64,000 nucleotides of DNA, taken from positions 68,878-132,877 of the forward strand of contig CAYTBT010000003.1 of the NCBI GenBank assembly GCA_964436125.1, given 5' to 3'. This document shows positions 41,938 to 52,282 of this stretch, piece after piece; position 1 is the stretch's first letter; every line of letters starts with the position of its first letter. A program made the position numbers and the translations under genes. Source of the DNA: an uncultured Saprospiraceae bacterium. GTDB lineage: Bacteria; Bacteroidota; Bacteroidia; Chitinophagales; Saprospiraceae. The notes under the pieces are model-generated. The model had not been told where the DNA came from. It ran no database searches and was given only the letters and a program-made list of their open reading frames with translations.

Positions 41938-42114
41938 TACCCAAATCATGCAATAGAAATTGAAGATAAGCACAAAAGCCTGTGAATACAAGCACTTGCT
42001 CGAATTTGGTTCTCACCGTAGTCTTACTACGATTCCGAGCCAAATTCTTGCGCGAGCCCTTGTCTTCTGTGGCTTTTGCACTTCCTTTTGCATTTCTATT
42101 GCATGGTTTGGGTA
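41938..42114 (+). ncRNA. Candidate structured RNA: 177-nt rod-like imperfect hairpin (6S-like, or a MITE-like palindrome)
   Basis: Hand fold: 41938-41960 pairs with 42092-42114 (23 bp including one G-U) and 41973-41980 with 42071-42078. Further helices are 41984-41992/42059-42067 and 42002-42012/42037-42047, and the apex is cgtagt-ctt-actacg (42017-42031). Confidence 0.4.
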
Positions 42115-42499
42115 ATAAGCTCCACAGGAGAACGGAGCAAATGTTGTCCGATATGCTTCTTTGACTAAGCTGATTTATAGGAAATAATGTGCATCCATTT
42201 TAACTATAAATTCTCGATAATATTTCGATGATTGACATTTAAAACGATTACCGGCAAAAATTCTGCCTATCTGTTATGCACCATATAAAGGCACCCAACG
42301 GACAAAATATATAGACTCTCCTATGCACCGGATATAACAGAAAGATCTTGAAAATCAACTGAAAAGCTCATTGGTATTCTCCGGTGCAGAGAGCATAGAT
42401 TCTCTCGGTAGGCATACCTACTTATAGAAGTGCCCGGAAGGAGTGCATTCAATCGGAAAGGATTATTCATTTAATCTTGCTAAACCAAAGAAAAATTCA

Positions 42500-42507
42500 T
42501 ACCTTTG
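42500..42507 (+). promoter_or_regulatory. -7 promoter box TACCTTTG upstream of rimP-nusA-infB
   Basis: Exact TAnnTTTG match 69 nt upstream of the proposed rimP GTG start. Confidence 0.45.
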
Positions 42508-42525
42508 CGCTGTTGAAACGGCATA

Positions 42526-42554
42526 GGGGGAACCATACGTTCCCTCTTTTTGTT
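42526..42554 (+). terminator. Leader hairpin plus T-run (candidate attenuator) between the promoter box and the rimP start
   Basis: GGGGGAAC-CATAC-GTTCCCTC stem (8 bp including one G-U) followed by TTTTTGTT. Confidence 0.5.
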
Positions 42555-42575
42555 AGAATTACTTATTCAAGGAAC

Positions 42576-43055
42576 GTGAAGGAGGAGAAAATACGGGAGA
42601 TACTGACAGAAATATTCACAAGAGAAGAGTACGATGACTACTTTTTAGTTGACCTGAAAGCTCCGGACCAAAGTCATAAGATTCAAGTATTTCTGGACGG
42701 AGATGAAGGGATAAACTCTTCGATATGTAAAGCAATCTCACGAGAACTAGAAAAAATACTAGACGAAGCAAACTGGGTTCCTGAAAAATATATACTGGAA
42801 GTTTCCTCTCCCGGCGTAAAAAGGCCGCTTATAAAATTGAGGCAATTTCCTCAACATATCGGCAGGGATTTTAAAATAAGCTTAAAATCCGGTGCCAAGG
42901 TGCATGGAGAGTTAATGGCTGTGGAAGGTGATTCAATCGTAGTACTTGAAAAGAAGAAAAAGAAGCAAGGAAAGAGCCGCAAAGAAATAATTGAAGAAAG
43001 GACAATCGACTTTGATACAATCAAAGAAGCATTAGTAAAAATAACATTTAAGTAA
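42576..43055 (+). CDS. rimP: Ribosome maturation factor RimP
   Basis: The product shows the pattern ...YFLVDLK......IQVFLDGDEGI......ISRELE..LD......Y.LEVSSPG and lies directly upstream of nusA. The GTG 42576 start is chosen because the longer TTG 42477 ORF would contain the promoter box and terminator-like hairpin. Confidence 0.75.
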   Translation: MKEEKIREILTEIFTREEYDDYFLVDLKAPDQSHKIQVFLDGDEGINSSICKAISRELEKILDEANWVPEKYILEVSSPGVKRPLIKLRQFPQHIGRDFKISLKSGAKVHGELMAVEGDSIVVLEKKKKKQGKSRKEIIEERTIDFDTIKEALVKITFK

Positions 43056-43061
43056 GAATTC

Positions 43062-44339
43062 ATGAGTCTCGTAGATACATTTGCAGAATTTAAGACAGGC
43101 AAGAATATAGATAGGCCTACGATGGTCCGTATCCTAGAGGATGTTTTTAATACTCTTTTAAGGAAAAAGTATGGATCAGAAGACAATTTTAATGTTATTG
43201 TCAACACAGATGAAGGTGACCTGGAGCTATGGCGAGTACGAGAAATCGTAGCTGATGGGGAAGTAACCGATGACCAGAGTCAGATTTCACTCAGTGAAGC
43301 GCTGAAGATAGAAGACGATTATGAAGTAGGTGAAGAATGTTATGAGCTTCTCACCTTGGAGTCATTTGGAAGGCGTGCTATTCTTGCGGCTCGCCAGACC
43401 CTACTTTCCCGGATAATGGATCTGGAAAAGGATGAGAAAATCAAGAAATACGATCAGCGTGTAGGAGATATGATATTCGGTGAAGTTGCACAGATAATCA
43501 AAAGTGATCTCATCATACTTGATGATGCCACAGGACATGAGCTTCTCCTTCCTAGAAAAGAGATGATCCGCGGAGACTTTTATCGAAAAGGCGACATGGT
43601 AAAAGCTGTCATTAAGGAAGTCGCAATGATAAATAACAACCCTGTTGTTGTCCTCAGCAGGACAGATACCAGGTTCCTGAAGAATCTGCTCGCACAGGAA
43701 GTACCGGAGATTGAGGATGGCTTAATCACTATACGCAAGATTGAAAGAATTCCAGGCGACAGGGCCAAGGTAGCTGTGGAATCATACGATGATCGTATTG
43801 ATCCCGTAGGAGCTTGTGTAGGGATGAAAGGCTCTCGTATTCACGGTATTGTGCGAGAATTAAAGAATGAAAATATCGATATCATCAATTATACGGAGAA
43901 TATCCAGTTATTTATTCAACGATCACTTACTCCTGCTAAGATAACAAGCATGGAAATCGATCTTGAAAAGAAAAAAGCGCTGGTCTATCTCCAGCCCGAT
44001 CAAGTTTCCCTTGCTATAGGAAAAGGTGGATCCAATATCCGGCTGGCAAGTGCAATTACGGGCTACGATATCGACGTAAAACGCGAACTTATCGAGATTG
44101 AAATCGAAGATGTCGATCTCGATGAATTCAGAGATGAAATTGATGACTGGATTATCGATGAGTTTAAACGTATCGGTTGTGATACGGCCAAGTCTGTTCT
44201 GGAACATCCAGTCGATGAACTTGTAAGAAGAACAGACCTTGAAGAAGAAACAGTGATGGCTGTTATTATCCTCCTCGAAGAAGAATTTGAGGAAGAGGAT
44301 GACTTTGGCAATGCTGTTGCCCAAAAGGAAGAAGAATAA
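43062..44339 (+). CDS. nusA: Transcription termination/antitermination factor NusA
   Basis: 425 aa with an N-terminal domain, S1 and two KH domains (GACVGMKGSRI, AIGKGGSNIRLA). Confidence 0.95.
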   Translation: MSLVDTFAEFKTGKNIDRPTMVRILEDVFNTLLRKKYGSEDNFNVIVNTDEGDLELWRVREIVADGEVTDDQSQISLSEALKIEDDYEVGEECYELLTLESFGRRAILAARQTLLSRIMDLEKDEKIKKYDQRVGDMIFGEVAQIIKSDLIILDDATGHELLLPRKEMIRGDFYRKGDMVKAVIKEVAMINNNPVVVLSRTDTRFLKNLLAQEVPEIEDGLITIRKIERIPGDRAKVAVESYDDRIDPVGACVGMKGSRIHGIVRELKNENIDIINYTENIQLFIQRSLTPAKITSMEIDLEKKKALVYLQPDQVSLAIGKGGSNIRLASAITGYDIDVKRELIEIEIEDVDLDEFRDEIDDWIIDEFKRIGCDTAKSVLEHPVDELVRRTDLEEETVMAVIILLEEEFEEEDDFGNAVAQKEEE

Positions 44340-44438
44340 GCAATATCGTATATTTTTTCCCTCTTGATCCATTTATTGGCTCAAAGTTTTTATTCTAGCG
44401 ATATTACAATTACATTGAGTAAAAAGTAAGAACACTGC

Positions 44439-47363
44439 ATGGCGAGAAGACTTGTAAAAATAGCGAAAGAACTTAATGTCGGCACCAAAACGATTGTCGA
44501 GCACCTACACGATAGTGGCTTCGAGATTAAAGATCGTCCGACCGCTAAGATTACAGATGAAATGTACCAAGAACTCCTCCGTGAGTTTGAGGATGCTATT
44601 TCCGTGAAACGCCGTGCTGATGAAATTGATATCGGTGCTGCGCGTAACAAAAAAACTCAGGAGAAAAAATCCAATAAAGAATCCAGAAATAAATCTTCCA
44701 AAGATGCTTCAAGCTCTATGCCCAAGGATAAAAGTAAGCCTAAGGATGTAGAAAGTACCGAGAAAAGCTCTGATAATAAAGAGGATTCAAGCACAAAACA
44801 AGCTAAGGAAGATAAACTGCCGCCCAAGAAAGAGGAAGACCTCGCCAAGGAAAAAACTGATACTTCTTCAACCCAAGAACCGAGTGAAGAAAAGTCTACT
44901 GAAGAACAGAAGTCTTCTGTCACTGATAAAAACAAGGAAAAAGCTTCTGACACAGAAGATAAGAAAGAGAGACGAGGGCTGAAAGTCGTGGGCAAAATCG
45001 ATCTGGAAAAGAAGAAGGAAAAGAAGGGCAAGAAGAAAGAATCAGATACTCAAGAAGCTAAACAATCGGAGGAGAAAACCTCTCCTACCGAGGAATCGTC
45101 TAGCACAACAGAACCTGAAAAACCTAAGGAAGAAGAACGTAAAACTGAGAAACAAGTAGAGGCTGAAAGCAAGAAAGAAAAACCTGCAGCCGAGAAAGAA
45201 GAAAAGAAAGAAAGTGCTGAAGACGATACGATTAAACGCGTAAGTAAGCCCAAGCTTAAAGGGCTGAAAATCATGGGCAAGATTGATAAAGATAAATTAA
45301 AATCACGGCTCAAGAAGAAGAAATCTTCCAAGGATAAAAAGAAACGAAAGAGAAAGAGGAAAACAATCAGGACCAAGAAAAAAGTCCACAGAAAAAAAGG
45401 ACGTCGTCGTGGTCAGGAACAACAAGAAGTTACTCAGAAAGAAATTGAAGAAAAAATACGCGCTACCAAGGCAAGGATTGCCGGAACGAGTAATAAAAAG
45501 AGTAAACGCAAATCGAGAAAACAGCGCAAGAAAGAAGAGCTTAAAGAAAAACAACTAAGACAAGAGCAAGAACAGATTCAGGAAACCAAGGTACTGGAAG
45601 TTACTGAATTTGTATCCGTATCGGAACTTGCCAGCCTTATGGATGTGCAACCGACCGATGTCATCATGAAATGCATGGATTTAGGTACAATCGTATCTAT
45701 CAATCAGCGGCTTGATGCAGAAATTATTGAATTGGTTGCCTCAGAATATGATTATGATGTAGAGTTCATCTCAGCAGAAGAACAGACAGAAGAAGATAAT
45801 TGGGTAGATGATCCGGAAGATCTTGAACCTCGTGCTCCTATAATTACAGTCATGGGGCACGTTGACCACGGTAAAACCTCCCTCCTTGACTTTATCCGTG
45901 AGGCAAGTGTTGCTACCGGTGAAGCAGGTGGCATCACGCAGCATATCGGAGCTTACGAGGTCGCTGTAGGTAACGACAATGAATTTAAAACAATCACCTT
46001 CCTCGATACACCGGGACACGAGGCCTTTACGGCGATGCGTGCTAGAGGAGCCAAGATTACCGATGTCGTTGTTATTATTATCGCTGCCGATGACCAGATA
46101 ATGCCGCAGACCAAGGAAGCTATCTCCCACGCAGAGGCTGCCGGTGTCCCAATCGTTTTTGCCATTAATAAAATCGATAAGGCCAATGCTGATCCCGATA
46201 GAATTATCAATGAGCTTGCGCAAATGAACTACCTCGTTGAAGAATGGGGAGGTAAATATCAATCACAACGCATCTCAGCCAAGACCGGAGAAGGCATTGA
46301 TGAACTCCTGGAAAAAATTACCCTCGAAGCTGAAATGCTGGAACTAGAAGCCAATCCCAATCGACCGGCCATAGGTGCGGTCCTCGAGGCTTCACTCGAT
46401 AAAGGACGCGGTTACGTAGCCAAATTGCTCGTGCAAGAAGGAACTTTGAGAATCGGCGATCCTATTGTTGCCGGTCAACATGCAGGAAAAGTAAAAGCAA
46501 TGTTCAATGAAGTGGGACAACGCGTTGAAGAAGTTGGTCCTTCACAACCTACCTTAATTCTCGGCCTATCCGGGGCACCACAAGCCGGTGAGAAGTTTAA
46601 GGTTATGGAAAGTGAACAAGCTGCGCGTAGCCTTGCCAATTCACGTGAACAGATCATCAGAGAACAGACCAATCGCGCTACCAAACGTATTTCCCTCGAT
46701 GAAATCGGCAGAAGGCTTGCGCTCGGTGACTTTAAAGAACTTAACCTCATTGTTAAAGGTGATGTCGATGGAACCGTCGAGGCCCTCTCCGATTCACTGA
46801 TTAAACAATCTGTAGAAAATATTCAAGTCAATGTCATCCATAAAGGCGTAGGACAGATTATTGAATCAGATGTCCTCCTCGCCTCCGCTTCAGATGCGAT
46901 TATTATCGGATTCCAGGTAAGACCTTCACTAGGCGCGAGAAAACTCGCAGAAAAAGAAGGTATTCAGATTAAAACTTACTCTGTAATCTATGAAGCTATC
47001 GAAGAAGTGAGAGCCGCAATGGAAGGTATGCTTGAACCCAAGGAAGAAGAGAAAATAGTCGGAGAAGTGAAAGTGCGTGAAGTCTATAAAATCTCCAAGG
47101 TCGGTACCGTCGCAGGTTGCTATGTCCAGGAAGGTTATGTTTCTAGAAATACCTTTATAAGAGTTATCCGTGAAGGAATCGTCATCTATCCCAAGAAAGA
47201 AGGGGTAATCGGTGAAATACGATCTCTGAAACGCTTTAAAGATGACGTTAAAAAGGTTACTAGCGGCATGGAGTGCGGTATATCCGTAGAAAATTATAAT
47301 GACTTGAAAGTAGATGACATCATTGAAGCATACGAAATTATTGAGGTGGAACAAACCCTGTAA
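44439..47363 (+). CDS. infB: Translation initiation factor IF-2
   Basis: G-domain motifs [13 protein letters not shown] and NKID. A long K/E/S-rich low-complexity N-terminal region generates the antisense shadow ORFs in the track. Confidence 0.95.
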   Translation: MARRLVKIAKELNVGTKTIVEHLHDSGFEIKDRPTAKITDEMYQELLREFEDAISVKRRADEIDIGAARNKKTQEKKSNKESRNKSSKDASSSMPKDKSKPKDVESTEKSSDNKEDSSTKQAKEDKLPPKKEEDLAKEKTDTSSTQEPSEEKSTEEQKSSVTDKNKEKASDTEDKKERRGLKVVGKIDLEKKKEKKGKKKESDTQEAKQSEEKTSPTEESSSTTEPEKPKEEERKTEKQVEAESKKEKPAAEKEEKKESAEDDTIKRVSKPKLKGLKIMGKIDKDKLKSRLKKKKSSKDKKKRKRKRKTIRTKKKVHRKKGRRRGQEQQEVTQKEIEEKIRATKARIAGTSNKKSKRKSRKQRKKEELKEKQLRQEQEQIQETKVLEVTEFVSVSELASLMDVQPTDVIMKCMDLGTIVSINQRLDAEIIELVASEYDYDVEFISAEEQTEEDNWVDDPEDLEPRAPIITVMGHVDHGKTSLLDFIREASVATGEAGGITQHIGAYEVAVGNDNEFKTITFLDTPGHEAFTAMRARGAKITDVVVIIIAADDQIMPQTKEAISHAEAAGVPIVFAINKIDKANADPDRIINELAQMNYLVEEWGGKYQSQRISAKTGEGIDELLEKITLEAEMLELEANPNRPAIGAVLEASLDKGRGYVAKLLVQEGTLRIGDPIVAGQHAGKVKAMFNEVGQRVEEVGPSQPTLILGLSGAPQAGEKFKVMESEQAARSLANSREQIIREQTNRATKRISLDEIGRRLALGDFKELNLIVKGDVDGTVEALSDSLIKQSVENIQVNVIHKGVGQIIESDVLLASASDAIIIGFQVRPSLGARKLAEKEGIQIKTYSVIYEAIEEVRAAMEGMLEPKEEEKIVGEVKVREVYKISKVGTVAGCYVQEGYVSRNTFIRVIREGIVIYPKKEGVIGEIRSLKRFKDDVKKVTSGMECGISVENYNDLKVDDIIEAYEIIEVEQTL

Positions 47364-47433
47364 TTTCCTTCTTTAAGTCATTCTTTCCACCTTTTTCATC
47401 GGCTTACCGCCTTGCTCTATAAGTGCCTATTCT

Positions 47434-48192
47434 ATGACTTTGACTGAGTTGAAGAGTTTTCTCGATAAACAACTTGACAGATATTATACCGCAGAGTTTA
47501 TACAGAATGATCCGATATCTATCCCTCATAAATTCTCTCTTAAGCAAGATATTGAAATCATCGGCTTCTGGATAGCTATGCTTTCCTGGGGAAGGAGAAA
47601 AACGATCTTGAATAAAGGTAATGAGCTTATTGAAATTATGCATGGCGCACCTTATGAATTCGTGCTCCATCATACGGAAGCTGATCTCAAACGATTAAAC
47701 CAGTTTAAACATCGTACTTTTCAGCCTATTGATGCACTCTACTTTCTCTCATTTCTCAAGTTTCATTATACGAGACACAAGAGCATGGAATCAGCATTTG
47801 GTCCCGGAGAAAACCACAGCATACACAACAGACTCATCCATTTCCATGAATATTTCTTTAGCCTCGAGCACGCTCCTCAACGCACAAGAAAACACGTCTC
47901 TAGCCCCGCTAGAAAATCAAGCTGTAAACGTTTAAATATGTTTCTACGGTGGATGGTAAGGCAAGATGAAACAAATGTTGATTTCGGTTTATGGCATACC
48001 TTCAATATGAAAGATCTCCTGATTCCTCTCGATGTACACGTAGGTCGCGTAGCAAGGAAACTCAACCTGTTACAGAGAAAGCAATCTGACTGGAAAGCTG
48101 TAGAAGAATTAACAGAAAACCTTCGCAAGCTCGACAAAAATGATCCGGTAAAATACGATTATGCCCTATTCAGTCTGGGTGTAAACCATTAA
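47434..48192 (+). CDS. TIGR02757 (DUF2400) family protein
   Basis: 252 aa. The N-terminal pattern FIQNDPISIPHKFSLKQDIEIIGFWIAMLSWGRR is recalled as typical of this family. Confidence 0.7.
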   Translation: MTLTELKSFLDKQLDRYYTAEFIQNDPISIPHKFSLKQDIEIIGFWIAMLSWGRRKTILNKGNELIEIMHGAPYEFVLHHTEADLKRLNQFKHRTFQPIDALYFLSFLKFHYTRHKSMESAFGPGENHSIHNRLIHFHEYFFSLEHAPQRTRKHVSSPARKSSCKRLNMFLRWMVRQDETNVDFGLWHTFNMKDLLIPLDVHVGRVARKLNLLQRKQSDWKAVEELTENLRKLDKNDPVKYDYALFSLGVNH

Positions 48193-48210
48193 GCAATTAA
48201 CCTTAGTAAG

Positions 48211-49150
48211 CGGCAATCAGTAAAAGGCAAACAGTAAATGGCGAATTTGCGAATGCGCGAATGCGCGAATTTGCGATTCAATTTTGAGCAAATACACAAA
48301 ATTATTGACAAGCCCAACCTTTCAACTCTTCAACCTTTCAACTCTTCAACTTTACGACTTCACAAATTTGCAACCTACAACATTGAACGAGAAAAGCGCA
48401 GCTCTTATCAAGTACCTCAATCAGCTAATGGCCAACAGCCAATGGCTAAGAGCTCGCCGTAGGCGCAGCCGGTAATCGGTAACAGGTAATCGGCTCATTG
48501 CTCATTGCTCATTGGAATACAACTATCTTCTCCATCAAAATTGAAACACTTAAACCATTTTTCAACCCAACCTCAAATCAGCCAATGGCTAATGGCTAAT
48601 AGCTAATAGCTAAATTGCGATTCTGCACCTCTGTCTTCAAGATGTTCCTTATCGATTATGATAGACGAACGGCCGTCCATCTCTATGAAGCCTACGAGGA
48701 ATCAGGGTTCAGGCGTCAGGCGAGAACAGAACGTTAATTTTCAACTCTTCAACCTCTCAACTCTTCAACTTCACAACTCTTCAACCTTTAAACTCTTCAA
48801 CCTTTAAACTCTTCAACTCTTCAACTTTCAACAAAATAAGAATCATCTTTCTCAATTACTTCAATCAGCCAATGGCCAAGAGCCAATGGCCAAGAGCTCC
48901 TTTACGACTTTGCGACTTCACAGTAAGTGCACAAAACAAAATCAATTTACATAATCAGCGAATCGCTGCCCTACTTACGACTTACGCCTAGCTACTCCGA
49001 CGAAGCCGGCACCAGTTACCAGTCTCAAGTAACCAGTCACAAGATTAGACTTACGACTCACGACTCTTTTACTTACGCCTGCGGCGAAGCCGCTTCGAGT
49101 CACGAGTTACGAGTCACCAGTCACCAGATTTTAAACTTTCCCCGCTGAAT
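48211..49150. repeat. Mosaic array of short tandem oligo-repeat modules (7-17-nt units, each present 2-4 times)
   Basis: Direct reading gives ggcaa(t/a)cagtaaa x2, gcgaat(ttgc/gcgc) x4, caac(c/t)tttcaactcttcaac runs, cagccaatggc(c/t)aagag x2 twice, ctcattg x3, aatggct x2 plus aatagct x2, caggcgt x2, ttacgac runs and gagt(c/t)ac(g/c)ag x4. Confidence 0.9.
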
Positions 49151-49178
49151 ATTCTTCTATACTTAGAATTTTTATGTT

Positions 49179-50696
49179 ATGAGTAAAGCACTGTTAATGA
49201 TATTGGATGGATGGGGACTCGGGACAAAAAAGTCCGCTGATGCCATTCAACTCACCCACACACCATTCTTTGATTATTTGATGGAAAAATATCCGCATTC
49301 TACCCTGAAAACATTCGGCAATTATGTCGGATTGCCGGAAGGACAAATGGGAAATTCCGAGGTCGGCCACCTGAATATCGGAGCCGGGAGAATCGTATTT
49401 CAGGATTTGCTCCGCATCAACAATGACATCGAATCGGGAGAATTTTACGAGAATGAAACCCTCAATCAAGCATTTGCGGAAGCTGAAAAGGAAAATAAAA
49501 CGGTGCACTTCATGGGCATTTTCAGCGATGGCGGCGTACACGGCCACATCAGGCACCTTGAAGCCTTGCTGAAAGCCTCCGACAAGTACAAAATCAAGGA
49601 AAAATACGTCCATGCCTTCACCGACGGGCGCGACACGAGCCCTACCGGTGGTATTGATTATTTCAAGGAGATGTTGCCGGTGTTCAAGGAGCACGATGCC
49701 CGGTTGGCAAGCGTTATAGGCCGGTATTATGCGATGGATCGCGACAATCGTATGAATCGGGCGGCGCTTGCTTACAACCTGCTCGTCAAGGGCGAGGGCA
49801 AGTATTGCAAGGATATTCTCGACTGTATCCGGGTAGCTTACGCAAATGATGTTACGGATGAATTCCTGCCGGCTCTGCGTTGTCTGAATGGCAAGGAAGG
49901 GCTTATTGCCGATGGCGATCTTGTCATTTTCTATAATTTCAGGACGGACCGGCCGCGACAATTAACGAGTATGCTTACGCAAATGAATTATCCTGAACAG
50001 GGAACGAAGGCGCTGGACATCGATATGATTACGATGACGCAATATGAGAAAGATTTTAAGGGCATCAAGACCTTGTATTCCAAGGATGTGATTAAAAACT
50101 CGCTCGGTGAGCTTGTTTCCAATGCCGGCTTGACTCAGCTACGCATTGCGGAAACGGAAAAATTCCCTCATGTGACCTATTTCTTTTCGGGCGGTCGCGA
50201 AAAGGAATACGAAGGGGAAAAACGCATTCTCATCCCATCGCCGAAGGTCGCTACTTACGATCTGCAGCCGGAAATGTCGGCTTACAAGGTGACGGATGCC
50301 TGCGTAGCGACGATTGAGGATGAGGCACCGGATTTTATCTGCCTCAACTTTGCCAATCCCGATATGGTCGGTCACACGGGCGTATTGGAGGCAGCAAAGT
50401 ATGCCTGTATGGTCATCGATCGATGTATGGGACAGGTTGTCCGTGCGGCATTGAATAAGGATTACGGTATCATTATCATTGCCGATCATGGCAATGCCGA
50501 TTATATGATTAATGAAGATGGCAGTCCCAATACCGCCCACACCAAGAATCTCGTTCCCTGCATTTATGTATCGAATGATGGTGTTTCAAGCAGTATGTCT
50601 GATGGTATTCTTGCGGATGTAGCCCCTACCCTATGTGAGATATTGGGATTGAAAAAAGCCGATGAAATGACCGGAAAAAGTCTGATAAACCGATGA
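49179..50696 (+). CDS. gpmI: 2,3-bisphosphoglycerate-independent phosphoglycerate mutase
   Basis: 505 aa. Motifs LMILDGWG, NSEVGHLNIGAGR, DGRDT and ADHGNA. Confidence 0.95.
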   Translation: MSKALLMILDGWGLGTKKSADAIQLTHTPFFDYLMEKYPHSTLKTFGNYVGLPEGQMGNSEVGHLNIGAGRIVFQDLLRINNDIESGEFYENETLNQAFAEAEKENKTVHFMGIFSDGGVHGHIRHLEALLKASDKYKIKEKYVHAFTDGRDTSPTGGIDYFKEMLPVFKEHDARLASVIGRYYAMDRDNRMNRAALAYNLLVKGEGKYCKDILDCIRVAYANDVTDEFLPALRCLNGKEGLIADGDLVIFYNFRTDRPRQLTSMLTQMNYPEQGTKALDIDMITMTQYEKDFKGIKTLYSKDVIKNSLGELVSNAGLTQLRIAETEKFPHVTYFFSGGREKEYEGEKRILIPSPKVATYDLQPEMSAYKVTDACVATIEDEAPDFICLNFANPDMVGHTGVLEAAKYACMVIDRCMGQVVRAALNKDYGIIIIADHGNADYMINEDGSPNTAHTKNLVPCIYVSNDGVSSSMSDGILADVAPTLCEILGLKKADEMTGKSLINR

Positions 50697-51232
50697 GATT
50701 AATTTTGCTGATTTTTGTTGTTGCATTTTTGTCTTCTTGTATGTCTGAGCAGCAAGGCGGCTCCGGTCTTGCTAATCCGTATTTTGCATTGGACAGCTTT
50801 GTAAAGCAAGAGATTGCTTTTTATAAGGACAAGCGGCCTGTTTTGAAGAAAATTATCATTCTCAATGGCAAAAAAGATACGATTTCTGTTGATTCGGTGG
50901 ATTACGGGAAGCTCCTCGAACCATTGGAGGATTGTAATATTCATAAGCCTAATCTTATCGGAAGTTATTCTATTGATTCTTCTTATGTGAAAGATACGCT
51001 TCACATTAATTATACTGCCAATAACGATAAACTTATCCTCAGAAACTTAAATGTCAGCTTCCTTGATGGAAAAGTGTCTAAGGTGGTCGCCATCAAAAAC
51101 AGTGACGGTTTATTTTCGTATGCGTATCAGAAGCTTGTTTATATACCGCAGAAAAAACTTGATATAAGGAAGGAATATAAAACGCTTTTTACGAGTAAGG
51201 ACGACATTGAAATCATTTCCACATTTCAATAA
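50693..51232 (+). CDS. Hypothetical lipoprotein
   Basis: 179 aa with a lipobox (LSSC|M). It overlaps the gpmI stop by 4 nt. Confidence 0.55.
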   Translation: MRLILLIFVVAFLSSCMSEQQGGSGLANPYFALDSFVKQEIAFYKDKRPVLKKIIILNGKKDTISVDSVDYGKLLEPLEDCNIHKPNLIGSYSIDSSYVKDTLHINYTANNDKLILRNLNVSFLDGKVSKVVAIKNSDGLFSYAYQKLVYIPQKKLDIRKEYKTLFTSKDDIEIISTFQ

Positions 51233-51257
51233 AATCAGATTTTTTCAATTCTGAACG

Positions 51258-51497
51258 GATAATGTGACCTCGCCGAGGTCATTCCATCCTCTTTTGCCTG
51301 TGCTAACCTAATTTCGACCTCGCTGAGGTCTTTTCGGTTCGCAACCTTAATTATCAGAGATAATTTTAAATATTCGATTCTCATCGTTGTGATTTCTTCA
51401 ATGTTATCTCTTTGGTCAGAATCGATCATGATTGCAGCGCAATCACATTAGGTTAGCCTCAGGTTTATGTAGATTGCCGACCTCGGAGAGGTCGCAT
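51258..51497. repeat. REP-like hairpin doublet, copy 1 (unit A 51258-51334, spacer, unit B 51434-51497)
   Basis: Unit A contains gacctcGCCgaggtc and gacctcGCTgaggtc. Unit B contains gacctcGGAgaggtc plus attaggttagc, which is complementary to gctaacctaat in unit A. Confidence 0.85.
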
Positions 51498-51550
51498 AGT
51501 CATAAGTTTCTATTATTTTTCATACATTAGTTTAACGAAAACATTTTATT

Positions 51551-52021
51551 ATGGCAGATGCTTATAGAAGAATTTATCTACATCTTGTCTTTGCAGTAGC
51601 GAATAGAAGGGCGCTCCTTGGATTGCAATGGAGAAATGAAGTATTTAAATATATCGCAGGAATACTCAATAATAAGGGGCACTATTCTTTAGCTATCAAC
51701 GGATATAATGACCATATTCACATTTTCTTTGACTATAATGTGAATGAATTAGTTCCGGATTTAGTAAGGGAAATTAAAAAGTCATCCTCCAATTTTATCC
51801 GTAAAAAAAGGTTTACACGTTATAAATTCAATTGGCAGAATGGTTATGGCATTTTTTCTCATAGTAATGCTGAGAAAGGGAGGATTATTAACTATATAAG
51901 GAATCAAGAGGAACACCACAGAAAAATAACATTTAAAGAAGAATACTTAGAATTTCTTCGAGATTTCGAAATCGACTACAATTCTCAATACCTTTTAGAT
52001 TTTTTTGATATCCGAGAATAA
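51551..52021 (+). CDS. IS200/IS605-family Y1 (HUH) transposase-like protein, RAYT-like
   Basis: 156 aa. HUH motif HIHIFF and a C-terminal YIRNQEEHH helix with the catalytic Tyr. Repeated hairpin units flank it. Confidence 0.8.
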   Translation: MADAYRRIYLHLVFAVANRRALLGLQWRNEVFKYIAGILNNKGHYSLAINGYNDHIHIFFDYNVNELVPDLVREIKKSSSNFIRKKRFTRYKFNWQNGYGIFSHSNAEKGRIINYIRNQEEHHRKITFKEEYLEFLRDFEIDYNSQYLLDFFDIRE

Positions 52022-52257
52022 TGTGACCTCGCCGAGGTCATTCCATCCACTTTTGCCTGTGCTAACCTAATTTCGACCTCGCTGAGGTCTTTTTGGCCTA
52101 TACCTTTATTATCAGGGAATGGTATGATAAAGTTAAATCCATCTATCGTCCTTATAGCAAGCTTTTACTTTTTGGTATTATCCAATCGTGAATGCAGCGC
52201 AATCACATTAGGTTAGCTTCGGGATTAAGTACATTACCTACCTCGGAGAGGTCGCAT
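52016..52257. repeat. REP-like hairpin doublet, copy 2 (unit A 52016-52094, spacer, unit B 52194-52257)
   Basis: Unit A is near-identical to copy 1 and unit B is similar, with a few substitutions. The 99-nt spacers are diverged homologues. Unit A overlaps the transposase stop codon. Confidence 0.85.
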
Positions 52258-52282
52258 TTATCTTCTTTCCTTAACGATGTAT

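Noticed and set aside
41822-42164. ORFs 41822..42043 (-) and 41982..42164 (+)
   Set aside because: Both are carved out of the two arms of the 177-nt hairpin, and no coding features are apparent.
44390-45554. Several minus-strand ORFs with Ser/Phe/Leu-rich translations
   Set aside because: They are antisense to the K/E/S-rich low-complexity N-terminal region of infB. Lys/Glu codons read as Phe/Leu/Ser on the other strand.
48238-49148. Track ORFs 48238..48462, 48284..48475 and 48927..49148
   Set aside because: Their translations are periodic (STLQLFNLSTLQL..., TSHKIRLTTHDS...) because they read through tandem oligo repeats. They show no start context or conservation signal.
48211-49150. Possible CRISPR array
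   Set aside because: The units are only 7-17 nt long and directly abut one another with no unique spacers. No cas genes are nearby, and the many different units do not fit a single repeat family.
51235-51429. 64-aa minus-strand ORF upstream of the HUH transposase
   Set aside because: It spans REP unit A and the spacer. The homologous spacer in copy 2 has no equivalent ORF.
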